Positions 19,813-30,683 are shown, counted from the whole stretch's first letter. The stretch is 63,387 nt of DNA, filler included, from Candidatus Tectimicrobiota bacterium (GCA_016193065.1; 9 parts of 9 records of this genome joined end to end with filler, not necessarily neighbours in it), one strand, 5' to 3'. Numbers and translations: made by a program. Notes: a model not told the origin generated them from the letters alone.

Positions 19813-19912
19813 GAGAGCTCTCCTCCGTTTCCCATTACCATCGGGAAGTTTCACCGGGCTCGATCGCACCCCCAGGAATCCTTGCCGTCGGGGCCGACAG
19901 CAAGAAGGCAAA

Positions 19913-20711
19913 TCATACCTTGCTGCGATCCAGTTCGTCTCGTGCCGGATTTCTTGAGAGGAGCAAGGAAGATATGGCTAACCCGGAGGCGGAGTTCAAA
20001 TCGTTACAGTGGAGTTCGCAGGGACGTTCCGGGGGGAGAAACTGTTCTCCTTCAACGGGCCGACAGGAGACGCCGCCCGCCGGCGCAGCCGGAGAGTCCG
20101 GGGGCTCCGCGGCCTGCGGTTCCGTCTCCTGACGCAGGCGGCCCGGCCCGTGGCGCCGGCGCCGGTAGAGTTTTGTGAACAGGGAAACGAGGAGGGCGGC
20201 GCCGAGAGCTGCGGCCAGGATCCTGGAAGCGGCCCGATACCGGAGAAGAAAACCTTGCAGCCGCCACCCCACGCTGTACCCAGTGAATAGGAACGCGGCG
20301 GCCCAGGTCAGGGCTCCCGCGGGCCGAGCCGGCCAGCGGGAAGAGGAAACCCCGCACCCCCACGATGAAGCGCCCCAGGATCACGGCTGCCGGCCCGCGC
20401 CGCCGGTAAAAGTCGAGGGCGTTCTCCATGCAGTCCCCCGAGCCCAGGGTCAGACGGCAGTAGAGCTTGAGGAGGCCGTGCCCTCCGAGCCGGCCCATCC
20501 AGTAGCCGATGCTGTCGCCGATGAGGGCCGCCAGCCAGGCGACCAGAAGGCCGGATACCGGATCCACCTGACCCATTCGCGCCAGGGCGCCGAACGTCAT
20601 CAGGAAGAGTTCCCCGGGAAGAGGAAGTCCGGCGTTGTCCAGAAGAATGGCTCCGAAGAGGATCCAATATCCGTGCCGGACAAATGAATCCAGGAGAAGC
20701 TCGATGCTCAC
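19913..20711 (-). CDS. dedA: DedA-family membrane protein, frameshift or deletion near 20315
   Basis: NAGLPLPGE, GDSIGYWMGR, GRFIVGVR; continues in a second frame as GALTWAAAFLFTGYSVG. Confidence 0.85.
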
Positions 20712-20883
20712 GGAAGGGAGCCTCCCAAAGTGTACCGGGCTATTCCGGAGATGTTTTCTCGCAAACCCGGGGTTTCCCGTTCGCGGAGAACCCGGGGGGC
20801 AACTGGCGATCCGCCTGCTGTCTTAAACTCGCATGGCGGGCGGCCAGCGGCCCCGGGTGGATTGCCCTCCTTACGGCCGGAGG

Positions 20884-21360
20884 CTACTCGGCGCCTCCGG
20901 CAAAACCCCCGAGCAGCGCCCCGTAGACCGCGTGGGCCAGCAGAGAGGCCATGACGGCCATCAGGCCCCCGGAGTTGGCGCTGAAGAATCCCCCACCCAT
21001 CATCGGAGTGACGGCCGCCTGGGAGAGGAACCAGAGGACGAGACCCAGGAGGGTTCCCCTCATCCAGGACGCGCCGGGCAGCAGGCGATAGGCGGCATAG
21101 ACATAGACCAGCGGGAAGATGATGCTGCCGTTGATGAAATGCATCAGCATCCCCAGCAGCCAACTGCCGCCGAGGACGCTTCCGAGCATGGCGGCTACAT
21201 CCATCGGCCGGCCCAGCATCATGGGGGCGACGAAGTACATCATCATGGTCATGACGGCGGTGCCGTTGAATCCCCCGAGGATGGCCGTCGGCAGGGCGGG
21301 GTGTGTCGAACCGCTTGCGGCCGAGGACCTGGAAGCGGAGTTCGTAAGGACTTGTTGCAT
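20884..21360 (-). CDS. Met/Gly-rich 4-TM membrane protein (DUF6789/DUF1440-like)
   Basis: GTAVMTMMMY...MDVAAMLG...HFING...PMMGGGFFS...HAVYGALLG. Confidence 0.7.
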   Translation of the reverse strand: MQQVLTNSASRSSAASGSTHPALPTAILGGFNGTAVMTMMMYFVAPMMLGRPMDVAAMLGSVLGGSWLLGMLMHFINGSIIFPLVYVYAAYRLLPGASWMRGTLLGLVLWFLSQAAVTPMMGGGFFSANSGGLMAVMASLLAHAVYGALLGGFAGGAE

Positions 21361-21513
21361 GTGTTTTCCCTCCTCATTTCGGTTGAGAGCGGGCGGCCGG
21401 GGCCCGGGGCTTTCCTCCCCGTGGTGAGGTCCTGGGTTCCGGCGTTTCCATTGATAAGATGAAGCAGGCGTGCAAACGATTCACCTCAGCGAGGACAAAG
21501 GGGGAGGTTTCTG

Positions 21514-21687
21514 CTAGTGTAGTGTCCCAGGAGTCCCTTGACTCATCGTTCGTGGTGAGCTTGTCGAACCATGAACGAAACCCGTTGAAAACGCTTCGCC
21601 CTTCGACCGCGGGTACCCGCGAAGCGGGTGCGGCTTCCGGGTGAGGGCGAACGGAATTGTAAAGAAGCGTTGGGGACACTACACTAG
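21514..21687. mobile_element. MITE-like element with 15-bp perfect terminal inverted repeats
   Basis: CTAGTGTAGTGTCCC (21514-21528) and GGGACACTACACTAG (21673-21687); CTAG at both ends; interior contains REP-like hairpins. Confidence 0.7.
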
Positions 21688-21792
21688 AATGCCGGAAATT
21701 CTTCCGATCGCGAGAACTGAAAGTCCAGGTTCCGGGTTTTGACTGGAGAGAGGGAACTCCCGGCACGCCGCCAGCGGAGGAACTGAGGGTCG

Positions 21793-22176
21793 ATGAACCA
21801 GCGATCCGCAATAGACCGGAGCTCTGATCGAGGCCGTCAAGAGACTTCAGAACGGAGACAAGAGCGCCTTGGAGGTGATCCTAGCCCAATGCCAGGAGCG
21901 CCTCTACTAGTACGCCCTGAGAATGACCGGGGACAGCAACGACGCCCAGGAGGTGCTCCAGGAGGTCTTCCTGACCGTCCTGGAGAAGATGCGCACCTTG
22001 CGGGAGCCGGGATCCTTCCTCCCCTGGGTATTCACCACGGCGAAGAATCTCTGCTACCTGCTCGGTCGCCGCGGTAAAATCCAGGTTACACCGGGCGCGC
22101 CTGTTTGTGCGAGAGATTCTCTCTCGGTACCTGAGGGAAGGGAGCAGCCGGAAAGACGAACGGGAGCGGGGAAGAG
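21793..22176 (+). pseudogene. ECF sigma factor, disrupted
   Basis: Region 2 LQNGDKSALE...RLY*YALRMTGDSNDAQEVLQEVFL...FLPWVFTTAKN (TAG 21908) joined out of frame to the region 4 end SVAAVKSRLHRARLFVREIL. Followed by a possible zf-HC2 anti-sigma start (ISCEALNQL) at the contig end. Confidence 0.8.
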
Positions 22177-22366
22177 TGCTTAACCTTGTGAAAAAAGCCT
22201 GGACCGCTATGCGCTGCCGGATGGTGATGCCCGGGGGGATCAGTTGCGAGGCACTGAACCAACTGCNNNNNNNNNNNNNNNNNNNNNNNNNNNNNNNNNN
22301 NNNNNNNNNNTTAATTAATTAANNNNNNNNNNNNNNNNNNNNNNNNNNNNNNNNNNNNNNNNNNNN

Positions 22367-23067
22367 ATGCCCATCACATGGTGCTCGGCCGGCCCCGAAG
22401 TTTTGTCATGGACCATGCATACTGGGGGCAGGAGCACGGTCCCGGCGCGATCGGGCGGTTTCTCAAGGACAACGGGATCCCCCATGAGCGGATCGAGGAA
22501 GAGGACAGGTAGATCGAGCGTGTCGTGGATCGGCTGCAGGACGGGAAGGTCGTGGGCTGGGTGCAAGGCCGGTTTGAATGGGGTCCGCGGGCCCTGGGAA
22601 ACCGGAGCATCCTGGCGGATCCGCGGCGCGCCGAGATGAAGGATATCGTGAACACGAAGATCAAATTTCGCGAGCCGTACCGGCCGTTTGCTCCTTCGGT
22701 GCTGGTCGAGAGGGCGCAAGAGTACTTCGTCCTGCCGGAAGCCGCCAATCATTATCCGGCCCGCTTCATGCTGTATGTGGTGGACGTGCGGGACGAGAAA
22801 CGAGAGGCCATCCCCGCCGTCACCCATGTGGACGGCACGGGGCGGCTGCAGACGGTTCGAAAAGAAGTGAGCCCGAGGTATTACAGTCTTATCGAAACCT
22901 TTGGCCGGGCTACCGGGGTGCCGGTCCTGCTCAACACTTCGTTTAATCTCAAGGGGGAGCCAATCGTGAACACCCCGCAGGAGGCGTTTTACACATTTGC
23001 CCGAAGCGGGATGGATTGCCTTGTCCTTGAGGACTATTGGATCGAGAAGGCCAAGGGGATAACGTGA
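22367..23067 (+). CDS. Carbamoyltransferase (NodU/CmcH family), 5' partial, in-frame TAG at 22510
   Basis: GWVQGRFEWGPRALGNRSILADPR, KFREPYRPFAPS, HVDGTGRLQTV, NTSFN. Confidence 0.92.
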
Positions 23068-23129
23068 GGATGGGAGATAGGAGACTGAGGACCGGTAGAG
23101 CTGAGACGGAAAGTGGACGCATCTATAGA

Positions 23130-23176
23130 AAATCCCCCTGCTCCCCCCTTTAAAAAGGGGGGAAAGGGGGGATTTC
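23130..23176. repeat. REP-like GC-rich palindrome
   Basis: aaatccccc-tgct-cccccctttaaaaagggggg-aaag-gggggattt nested inverted repeat. Confidence 0.65.
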
Positions 23177-23248
23177 GCAAGGGAAATAACAATTCCCCTC
23201 TTCCATACTCCCCCTGAGGGTAGGGAGGAGGTGAGCAGGGCATTTTCT

Positions 23249-23330
23249 GAGCAGGTCTATGCGCTGGGAAATCGCTTGCCTGTCTCGGAACGATTTAACC
23301 TGCTGTCACAGGTAGAACGAGCTGCCACAT
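23249..23330 (+). pseudogene. Four-helix-bundle (23S-IVP-like) protein fragment
   Basis: Translates EQVYALGNRLPVSERFNLLSQVERAAT, matching the YxxTxxFPxxExxxLxSQxxRAA pattern. Confidence 0.65.
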
Positions 23331-23353
23331 TACTAAAGGAAGGGAGCACGTAG

Positions 23354-23533
23354 ATGCGGTGGGTCGAGAGTCTGGCAAGCCGGGTGGGCATCGGGAGTGA
23401 GCTGCTTCAGTTCTTCTTGCAGCACAAGTGGTGGTGGTTGACCCCGATGATTTTGGTGCTGTTACTTTTCGGTGCTCTGATTATCTTTGCCCAAAGCTCC
23501 GCGATTGCGCCCTTCATCTACACGCTTTTTTGA
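23354..23533 (+). CDS. DUF5989/SxtK-like small membrane protein (59 aa, absent from the ORF track)
   Basis: MRWVESLASRVGIGSELLQFFLQHKWWWLTPMILVLLLFGALIIFAQSSAIAPFIYTLF*; typical carbamoyltransferase neighbour. Confidence 0.88.
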   Translation: MRWVESLASRVGIGSELLQFFLQHKWWWLTPMILVLLLFGALIIFAQSSAIAPFIYTLF

Positions 23534-23549
23534 GGGGGTTCCAGTCATT

Positions 23550-24521
23550 CTGAAAAAGGCACTCATCACGGGCATTGCCGGTCAGGACGGGTCCTATCTA
23601 GCGGAGCTTCTGCTCTCAAGAGGGTACGAAGTCCATGGGATGGTGCGCCGAGTGGCCATCGAGGATCCGGAGCATCACCTCTGGCGGCTTCGGCAGATCT
23701 TGCCGAACATCACCCTACATGCTGCCTCCCTGGAAAGCTTCGGGAGTATCTTCAAGGTGGTGAACAAGGTCCACCCGGATGAGTGCTATCACCTGGCGGC
23801 CCAGAGCTACGTCGGCTACTCCTTCGACGACGAGTTCTCGATATTTCAGACGAACATCAACGGCACCCACCACGTCCTGGCCGCACTCAAAGAATGCGCC
23901 CCGACCTGCCGCTTCTACTTTGCGGGCTCCAGCGAGATGTTCGGAAACGCGAACACGGCCCCGCAGGATGAGGAAACGCCTTTCCGCCCGCGTTCCGCCT
24001 ACGGGATATCCAAAGTGACGGGCTTCCATTTGACCTGCAATTATCGCGAGGCTTTCGGCGTTCACGCCTCCTGCGGGATCCTCTACAACCATGAGTCTCC
24101 GCGCCGAGGGTTCGAGTTTGTGACGCGTAAGATCACATCTCATGCCGCGATGATCAAGCTGGGCCGGGCAAAAGAGGTGCGGTTGGGGAACCTGGAGTCG
24201 AAGCGGGACTGGGGCCATTCGCGGGAGTACGTGGCGGCCATGTGGCTCATGCTGCAGCAAGAGCGGCCGGGCGACTATGTCATTGCGACGGGAGAAATCC
24301 ATTCCGTGCGGGAATTTGCGGAGGCGGCGTTTGCCCACGTCGGCCTCGACTATCGCGAATACGTCCGGATCGACCCGCAACTCTTCCGGCCCGCGGAGGC
24401 GAATCTTCTGGTCGGCTGTCCGGCAAAGGCCGCGCGGGTTCTGGGCTGGAGCCCGAAAACGAGGCTGAACGAGTTGGTCGCCGAGATGGTGGACGCCGAC
24501 CTTGCGGCTCTGCAGGCATGA
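23550..24521 (+). CDS. gmd: GDP-mannose 4,6-dehydratase
   Basis: ALITGIAGQDGSYLAE, AGSSEMFG, YGISK, NHESPRRG.EFVTRKI, RDWGH; start probably CTG 23550 or ATT 23547. Confidence 0.95.
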   Translation: MKKALITGIAGQDGSYLAELLLSRGYEVHGMVRRVAIEDPEHHLWRLRQILPNITLHAASLESFGSIFKVVNKVHPDECYHLAAQSYVGYSFDDEFSIFQTNINGTHHVLAALKECAPTCRFYFAGSSEMFGNANTAPQDEETPFRPRSAYGISKVTGFHLTCNYREAFGVHASCGILYNHESPRRGFEFVTRKITSHAAMIKLGRAKEVRLGNLESKRDWGHSREYVAAMWLMLQQERPGDYVIATGEIHSVREFAEAAFAHVGLDYREYVRIDPQLFRPAEANLLVGCPAKAARVLGWSPKTRLNELVAEMVDADLAALQA

Positions 24522-25140
24522 GAGTCATGCACTTGAATCCCATGAACCCCCGCGTCATCGAAGCCCGTTCCGGCTGGAAACTCATCGACTTTCACGAGAT
24601 CTGGAGATACCGGGATCTTTTCTATTTCCTGGTCTGGCGCGACCTCAAGTCGCGCTACGCGCAGACGGTCCTGGGTGTCGGCTGGGCCGTGATTCAACCC
24701 GTCTTTTCCATGATTGTCTTTACTGTGGTCTTCGGGAAGCTGGCCCAGGTGTCCTCCGACGGCATGCCCTATGCCATCTTCAGCTTTGCAGCCCTGGTGC
24801 CCTGGACATACTTCTCCGGTGCGCTGAGCGACGCCACCGGCAGCCTGGTTAGTGCCTCGAGCTTGCTCAGCAAGGTCTACTTTCCCCGCTTGATCATTCC
24901 CTTGACCCCCGTGCTGGGCAAGCTCGTCGATTTCGGCATTGCTCTGATCCTGCTCTTCGGCATGATGGTCTGGTTCCATACGACCCCGACCCTATGGGCA
25001 CTCTTGTTGCCCTTCCTGGTCCTGCTCATGATGCTGACCGCCGCTGGTCTAGGCATGTGGCTCACCTCTCTGGCGATTCGGTATCGCGACGTCAGGTACG
25101 CTGTAGGGTTTGCTGTACAGTTACTTATGTATGCGGCGCC
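24518..25140 (+). CDS. wzm: ABC-2 polysaccharide export permease (3' partial)
   Basis: WRYRDLFYFLVWRDLKSRYAQTVLG, KVYFPR, RYRDV. Confidence 0.92.
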
Positions 25141-25242
25141 NNNNNNNNNNNNNNNNNNNNNNNNNNNNNNNNNNNNNNNNNNNNTTAATTAATTAANNNN
25201 NNNNNNNNNNNNNNNNNNNNNNNNNNNNNNNNNNNNNNNNTG

Positions 25243-26178
25243 ATGGAGAGCCATATTGTTCCAGGCATGGTATTGTTCGGGGCTGACTCCCACACCTGCA
25301 CTTACGGAGCTGTGGGGGCCTTTGCCACCGGGGTCGGGAGCACCGACCTGGCAGCCGCCTGGGCACTGGGAGAACTCTGGTTCCGGGTTCCTGAGACCAT
25401 TCGGGTCAACTTCTGGGGGAAGCTGCCCCGCTGGGTAACGGGGAAGGATTTGATCCTCAAGCTCATCGGCGAGATCGGGGTGGAAGGGGCCCTCTACAAG
25501 GCACTGGAGTTTGGCGGGGACACCATGCCCCAGGTCAATATGGCCGGAAGGTTTACCATGTGCAATATGGCCATTGAAGCCGGGGCCAAGACAGGGATTG
25601 TGGAGCCCGACGAGGTGACCGGACGCTACGTGGAGCGCAGAGCCCCGCGTCCATTTACCCTGTGGCATTCGGATCGGGATTCGGTCTACTGCCGGACCCT
25701 TGATTTTTTCGTGGACGGAATGGAGCCCCTGGTGGCCCGGCCGTTTTCCCCGGGCAACGTGGTGCCCCTGGGGAGTCTGGGAAGAGTGGAGATTGACCAG
25801 GTGGTGATCGGCTCCTGCACCAACGGCCGTTTGGAAGACCTGCGCCTGGCCTGCGAGGCCATGCAGGGGAAGAGAGTCCACTCCAGGGTGAGAGCCATCG
25901 TGGTGCCGGGAAGTCAAAGAGTCCTGGCTCTGGCCATCTCCGAGGGTCTCATCTCCCGGTTGGTGGCTGCTGGGGCCGTCATCTCCCCTCCCACCTGCGG
26001 CCCGTGTCTGGGGGGGCACATGGGCGTTTTGGCGGACGGGGAACGTTGCCTGTCCACGACGAATCGCAATTTTGTGGGGCGCATGGGAGACCCGAGCAGC
26101 GAGGTCTACCTGTCCGGACCCGCCGTGGCGGGCGCTTCGGCGGTTCTGGGACGCATCGCGCACCCTGAGGAAGTATGA
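25243..26178 (+). CDS. leuC: 3-isopropylmalate dehydratase/homoaconitase large subunit (5' partial)
   Basis: GADSHTCTYGA, NMAIEAGAK, IGSCTNGR, CGPCLGGH, STTNRNFVGRMG. Confidence 0.93.
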   Translation: MESHIVPGMVLFGADSHTCTYGAVGAFATGVGSTDLAAAWALGELWFRVPETIRVNFWGKLPRWVTGKDLILKLIGEIGVEGALYKALEFGGDTMPQVNMAGRFTMCNMAIEAGAKTGIVEPDEVTGRYVERRAPRPFTLWHSDRDSVYCRTLDFFVDGMEPLVARPFSPGNVVPLGSLGRVEIDQVVIGSCTNGRLEDLRLACEAMQGKRVHSRVRAIVVPGSQRVLALAISEGLISRLVAAGAVISPPTCGPCLGGHMGVLADGERCLSTTNRNFVGRMGDPSSEVYLSGPAVAGASAVLGRIAHPEEV

Positions 26179-26427
26179 GAAGGATGAAGCGGGAAAGGAA
26201 AAAAGATCACTTTCGGGGGCAGCCCTCAGGATCTGAAATCTTTGCAGCAAGGGACTCCGTTCTCGGTTCTGGCACCCCCCTCGCCAGTAGCCGCCTGAAA
26301 CGCGAGTGCCGGAAGCAAGGATGGAAGGTCTTTGCAGGGTCTGCCCCCGCCTCAACTTGCGGTCCCGCAAACCCGCTGAGGAGTTAGATCCGAGACTGCA
26401 TAGATGAAAAAGTCACAGGAGGAAACC

Positions 26428-26931
26428 ATGGGCAGGCTTCGGGGGCGAGCCCTCAAGTACGGGGACAACGTGGACACGGACGGGATTATCCCGGCCCGCT
26501 ACTGCACAAGCTTTCAAGCTGGCGATCTGGCCGCCCATGCCATGGAAGATGTGGACCCGGAATTCTCACGGAAGGTTCGACCGGGGGATATTCTGGTGGC
26601 CGGGCGCAACTTCGGCTGCGGAAGTTCCCGGGAGAATGCACCTCTGGCTCTGAAAGGAGCCGGGATCGCCGCCGTGGTGGCGAAATCTTTCGCCCGGATT
26701 TTTTACCGCAATGCAATTAACATCGGGCTCCCCTTGCTGGAATCCGAACTGGCGGTTTCCACCTGCGAGGAAGGAGACGAGATGGAAATCGACCTGGACC
26801 GGGGGCTGATTGACAACCTGAGTCGGGGACTGCAGGCCCAAGTGCAGCCTTACCCATTCCTTATGCAGGAAATCCTGGCCATGGGCGGCATGGTGGCCTT
26901 CGTAAAGAAGCGCCTGGCAGAACGGAACTAA
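26428..26931 (+). CDS. leuD: 3-isopropylmalate dehydratase small subunit
   Basis: [34 protein letters not shown]. Confidence 0.93.
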   Translation: MGRLRGRALKYGDNVDTDGIIPARYCTSFQAGDLAAHAMEDVDPEFSRKVRPGDILVAGRNFGCGSSRENAPLALKGAGIAAVVAKSFARIFYRNAINIGLPLLESELAVSTCEEGDEMEIDLDRGLIDNLSRGLQAQVQPYPFLMQEILAMGGMVAFVKKRLAERN

Positions 26932-26941
26932 GAGAGCGACG

Positions 26942-28732
26942 ATGGGATCCGTTACGCTGCTTTCTGGAAACGAGGCCGTCGCTCGCGGGGCGTATGAATT
27001 TGGAGTGCGGGTGTCCGCTGCTTACCCAGGCACCCCGAGCACGGAGATCCTGGAGACCCTGTCGCGCTACCCCGAGGTTTACTCGGAATGGTCCCCCAAC
27101 GAGCGAGTTGCCTTTGAGGTCTGCTTTGGCGCCTCTCTGGCCGGCGGCCGGGTGCTGGCGGCCATGAAGCACGTGGGACTCAACGTGGCTTCGGACCCGT
27201 TCATGACGGCCAGTCTCACGGGAGTTCATGGCGGCTTTGTGCTCGTCTGCGCCGACGATCCGGAGATGCACAGCTCACAGAATGAGCAGGACACCCGCCT
27301 GTACGCCCGATTTGCCAAGATTCCCTTGCTGGAACCCTCCGATAGCCAGGAGGCCAAGGACTTCGTGGGGGAAGCCCTGGAGATCAGCGAGCGCTTCGAC
27401 ACCCCGGTCATTCTCAGGCTCACGACCCGCATCTCGCACACCAAGACGCCCGTGAGGCTCCAGGAGCGCCAGCCGCGACCCGAGCCCAAGCCGGGGCTGA
27501 ACCCCAAGAAATACGTCATGTTGCCCGGCAACGCCCGCCCTCGCCACCAGAAGGTTTTCGAGCGCCTGAAGGCTCTCAAGGATCTCTCCAATCAAAGCCC
27601 CTTGAACCGGATCGAGTGGGGGAGGAAAGACCTGGGGATCATCACCAGCGGGGTTTCCTACCAGTACGCCAAAGAGCTCGTGCCCGGGGCAAGCTTTCTC
27701 AAACTGGGTTTCCCCTACCCCGCGCCCGCGAACAAGATCCGCCAGTTTTTTGCAGAGGTCAAACAGGTGCTTGTGATTGAGGAGCTCGAACCATTTATCG
27801 AAGAACAGGTCCGCCTCCTGGGCTACCAGGTCCAGGGAAAATCTTATTTCCCGCCCACAGGAGAGCTGACCCTGGAGAAAGTGGAGGAAGGACTGGTGGA
27901 GGCAAACGTATTGCCCCCAAGGCATCGGGTCAAGCACAAGTTCCCGGAAGTTCCGGCCCGTCCCCCGGTCCTCTGCCAGGGGTGTCCACACCGCCAGATC
28001 TTTTACGCCCTCAGACGTCTGAAAGCCACCGTGATGGGAGACATCGGCTGCTACACCCTGGGAGCTCTGCCTCCCCTGGAGCGCATGGAAACCTGCCTTT
28101 CCATGGGAGCCAGCATCGCCACGGCCCTGGGCTATGAAAAGGTGCGGGGAAACAGCAAGGGACTCGTGGCGGTGATCGGAGATTCCACGTTCCTCCACGC
28201 CGGCATCTCGGGGCTCATGGACGTGGCCTACAACAAGGGGACCTTCACGACAATCATCCTGGACAACCGCACCACCGCCATGACCGGCGGCCAGGATCAT
28301 CCGGCCACCGGGAAGACCTTGGCGGGGAATTCAACCCGCCCGGTGGACCTGGGGGAAATTTGCAAAGCGCTAGGCATTGAGCGGGTGCGGGTCGTGGATC
28401 CTTACGATTACAAGGCCACCTTCGCGGTACTCAAGGAAGAGATCAACGATGGTATTCCCTCGGTGGTGATTACGAACCGGACCTGCACGCTGGTCGATCC
28501 CCAGGCCTGGACCACCCCCTACAAGGTTGACATGGATCTGTGCGACGGGTGCACCCTTTGCCTTTTCCTGGGATGCCCGGCGATTAGCTTGAGCGATACC
28601 GAGAAGACAGAAAAAGGGAAATCAAAGGTCTGGATCGACGTCCCGGCCTGCACGGGGTGCAACTTTTGCGCTCTGCTTTGCCAGCCCGACGCCATTGTCC
28701 TTGACCAGGACCACCGCGAAGACGGGAAGTGA
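26942..28732 (+). CDS. iorA: Indolepyruvate:ferredoxin oxidoreductase alpha subunit
   Basis: LLSGNEAVARGA, YPGTPSTE, KHVGLNVA, HSSQNEQD, CQGCPHR, GDSTFLH, C-terminal ferredoxin motifs. Confidence 0.95.
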   Translation: MGSVTLLSGNEAVARGAYEFGVRVSAAYPGTPSTEILETLSRYPEVYSEWSPNERVAFEVCFGASLAGGRVLAAMKHVGLNVASDPFMTASLTGVHGGFVLVCADDPEMHSSQNEQDTRLYARFAKIPLLEPSDSQEAKDFVGEALEISERFDTPVILRLTTRISHTKTPVRLQERQPRPEPKPGLNPKKYVMLPGNARPRHQKVFERLKALKDLSNQSPLNRIEWGRKDLGIITSGVSYQYAKELVPGASFLKLGFPYPAPANKIRQFFAEVKQVLVIEELEPFIEEQVRLLGYQVQGKSYFPPTGELTLEKVEEGLVEANVLPPRHRVKHKFPEVPARPPVLCQGCPHRQIFYALRRLKATVMGDIGCYTLGALPPLERMETCLSMGASIATALGYEKVRGNSKGLVAVIGDSTFLHAGISGLMDVAYNKGTFTTIILDNRTTAMTGGQDHPATGKTLAGNSTRPVDLGEICKALGIERVRVVDPYDYKATFAVLKEEINDGIPSVVITNRTCTLVDPQAWTTPYKVDMDLCDGCTLCLFLGCPAISLSDTEKTEKGKSKVWIDVPACTGCNFCALLCQPDAIVLDQDHREDGK

Positions 28733-28740
28733 GGGGGGGG

Positions 28741-29362
28741 ATGGAGCCTCTCAGTATGAACGTGCTGATTGTCGGAGTTGGCGGCCAGGGAATCATCTTG
28801 GCCAGCGAAATCCTCTCGGAAGTTGCCCTGCAGGCCGGGTACAGTGTGAAGAAAAGCGAGGTCCACGGTATGTCCCAGAGGGGAGGCGTCGTCTCCAGCT
28901 TTGTCCGTTTCGGAGAAAAAATCTTTTCCCCTCTGATTATGGAAGGAGAGGGTGACATTTTACTCTCTTTTGAGGAAGCCGAGGCTTTGCGCTGGGCATC
29001 CTGGCTCAAACCGCAAGGAACCGTCATCCTCAATCGCCAGCGCCTGGTCCCCCCGGGGAGCTTCGTCACCAAAACCCCGTATCCGGACCATATTTTGGAG
29101 ACCCTCAAGGCCCGCATCCCCCGGGTAATCGGGGTCGACGCGCTGAACCTCGCCCAGGAACTGGGGAACATTCGCTTGGTAAACGTTCTTCTGCTCGGGA
29201 TCCTGTCCCGCACCACCCCGATGTCCGAAGAGCTATGGCTTCAGGTCATCCGGCAACGAGTCCCCAAAGGGACGGAGAGCATGAACGTGGAAGCTTTCAC
29301 CAAAGGCAGGCTCTTGGCGGAATCCGATTCGGCAACGCAAGCCCGTCCGGCCTCCTGCTCTC
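28741..29362 (+). CDS. iorB: Indolepyruvate oxidoreductase beta subunit (end falls in a small N gap)
   Basis: GVGGQGIILAS, KSEVHGMSQRGG, SFEEAEALR. Confidence 0.93.
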
Positions 29363-29389
29363 NNNNNNNNGCCGGGGGGAGGAATCCCC

Positions 29390-30645
29390 CTGAGAAGGAA
29401 GATCAGCGACGAGGAACGGCTCATTTACGACTGGACCACCTTGGGGGCGGACATCACTCCCCTGCGGCGCAATGTCGAATTCAACGATGAGACCTTGAGG
29501 GACGGCCTGCAGTCTCCATCGGTAGTCGATCCCAGCATTGAAGACAAGAAGCACATCCTCCATTTGATGGATGCCCTGGGGATCCATTCCGCCGACATCG
29601 GCATGCCCTGCGCCGGCCCCCGGACCAAAGAGGCGGTCTGCGAACTGGGCAAGGAGATCCGGGACGCGCCTCTGCAGCTCAAGCCGAACTGCGCAGCCCG
29701 CACCGTGATTGGAGATATCACGCCCATTGTGGAAGTTTCCCAGGCCGTGGGCATCCCCATCGAGGTGGCCACCTTTCTGGGCTCAAGCCCGATCCGCCAG
29801 TATGTGGAGGGGTGGAGCGTGGACGACTTGAAGAAGCTCACGGAAAAAGCGGTCGGATACGCGGTCAAAGAGGGCCTACCGGTCATGTTTGTAACCGAAG
29901 ACACGACCCGGGCCAAGCCCAAGGATCTGCAGGAAATCTACCTGACGGCAATCCGTGCCGGCGCCACTCGGATCTGCTTGGCGGATACGGTGGGCCATGC
30001 GACCCCCACGGGGGTCAGCAATCTGGTCCGCTTCATCGTGGAGATGCTGCGAGAACACAATTTTACCGGAATCAAGATCGACTGGCACGGACACCGGGAC
30101 CGGGGACTCTCAGTCCTCAATTCCATGGCTGCCATCGAAGCAGGCGCCCACCGGGTCCACGGCACAGCCTTCGGCATCGGCGAGCGCTGCGGCAACACCC
30201 CCCTGGACGTCCTGATGGTGAACTGCAAGCTCATGGGCTACATACAAAATGACCTGACGAAGCTCTACGAATACTGCCAGTTCATTTCCCGCAGCGTCCA
30301 CATCCCCATTTCGCCGAATTACATGATCGTGGGCAGAGACGCGTTTCGCACCGCCACGGGAGTCCATGCAGCCGCCGTCATCAAAGCGCAAGAAAAGGGC
30401 CATTCTTGGCTTGCCGACCGCATCTATTCCGGAGTCCCTGCCAGTCTCGTGGGCCGGGAACAGATCATTGACATCGGCCCCATGAGCGGGGAATCCAACG
30501 TGAGAAAAAATCCCAGCGGGTCCTGACGGACGAGGAGGTGATGGCGATCGTTCAGCAAGAAGCGGGGACTTCCACCAAAGACGCCCGGCTCGACTCGGGT
30601 GCCAGATCCTCTCGGGCCCGGCAAGCAAGGCTGCACCTTCGTTGA
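29390..30645 (+). CDS. leuA: 2-isopropylmalate/homocitrate synthase family (DRE-TIM); frameshift or deletion near 30500
   Basis: LIYDW, DETLRDGLQSP, DTVGH, WHGHRDRGL, GIGERCGN. The C-terminus KKSQRVLTDEEV lies in another frame. Confidence 0.85.
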
Positions 30646-30683
30646 GGGGGAGAACTCATCGCAGGGGGGAAAGGAGAGACATC

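Noticed and set aside
26214-26400. 6S or SRP RNA call
   Set aside because: Rod-like fold, but no SRP GGAA/GCAG motif and no typical 6S gene context; left as an unassigned structure.
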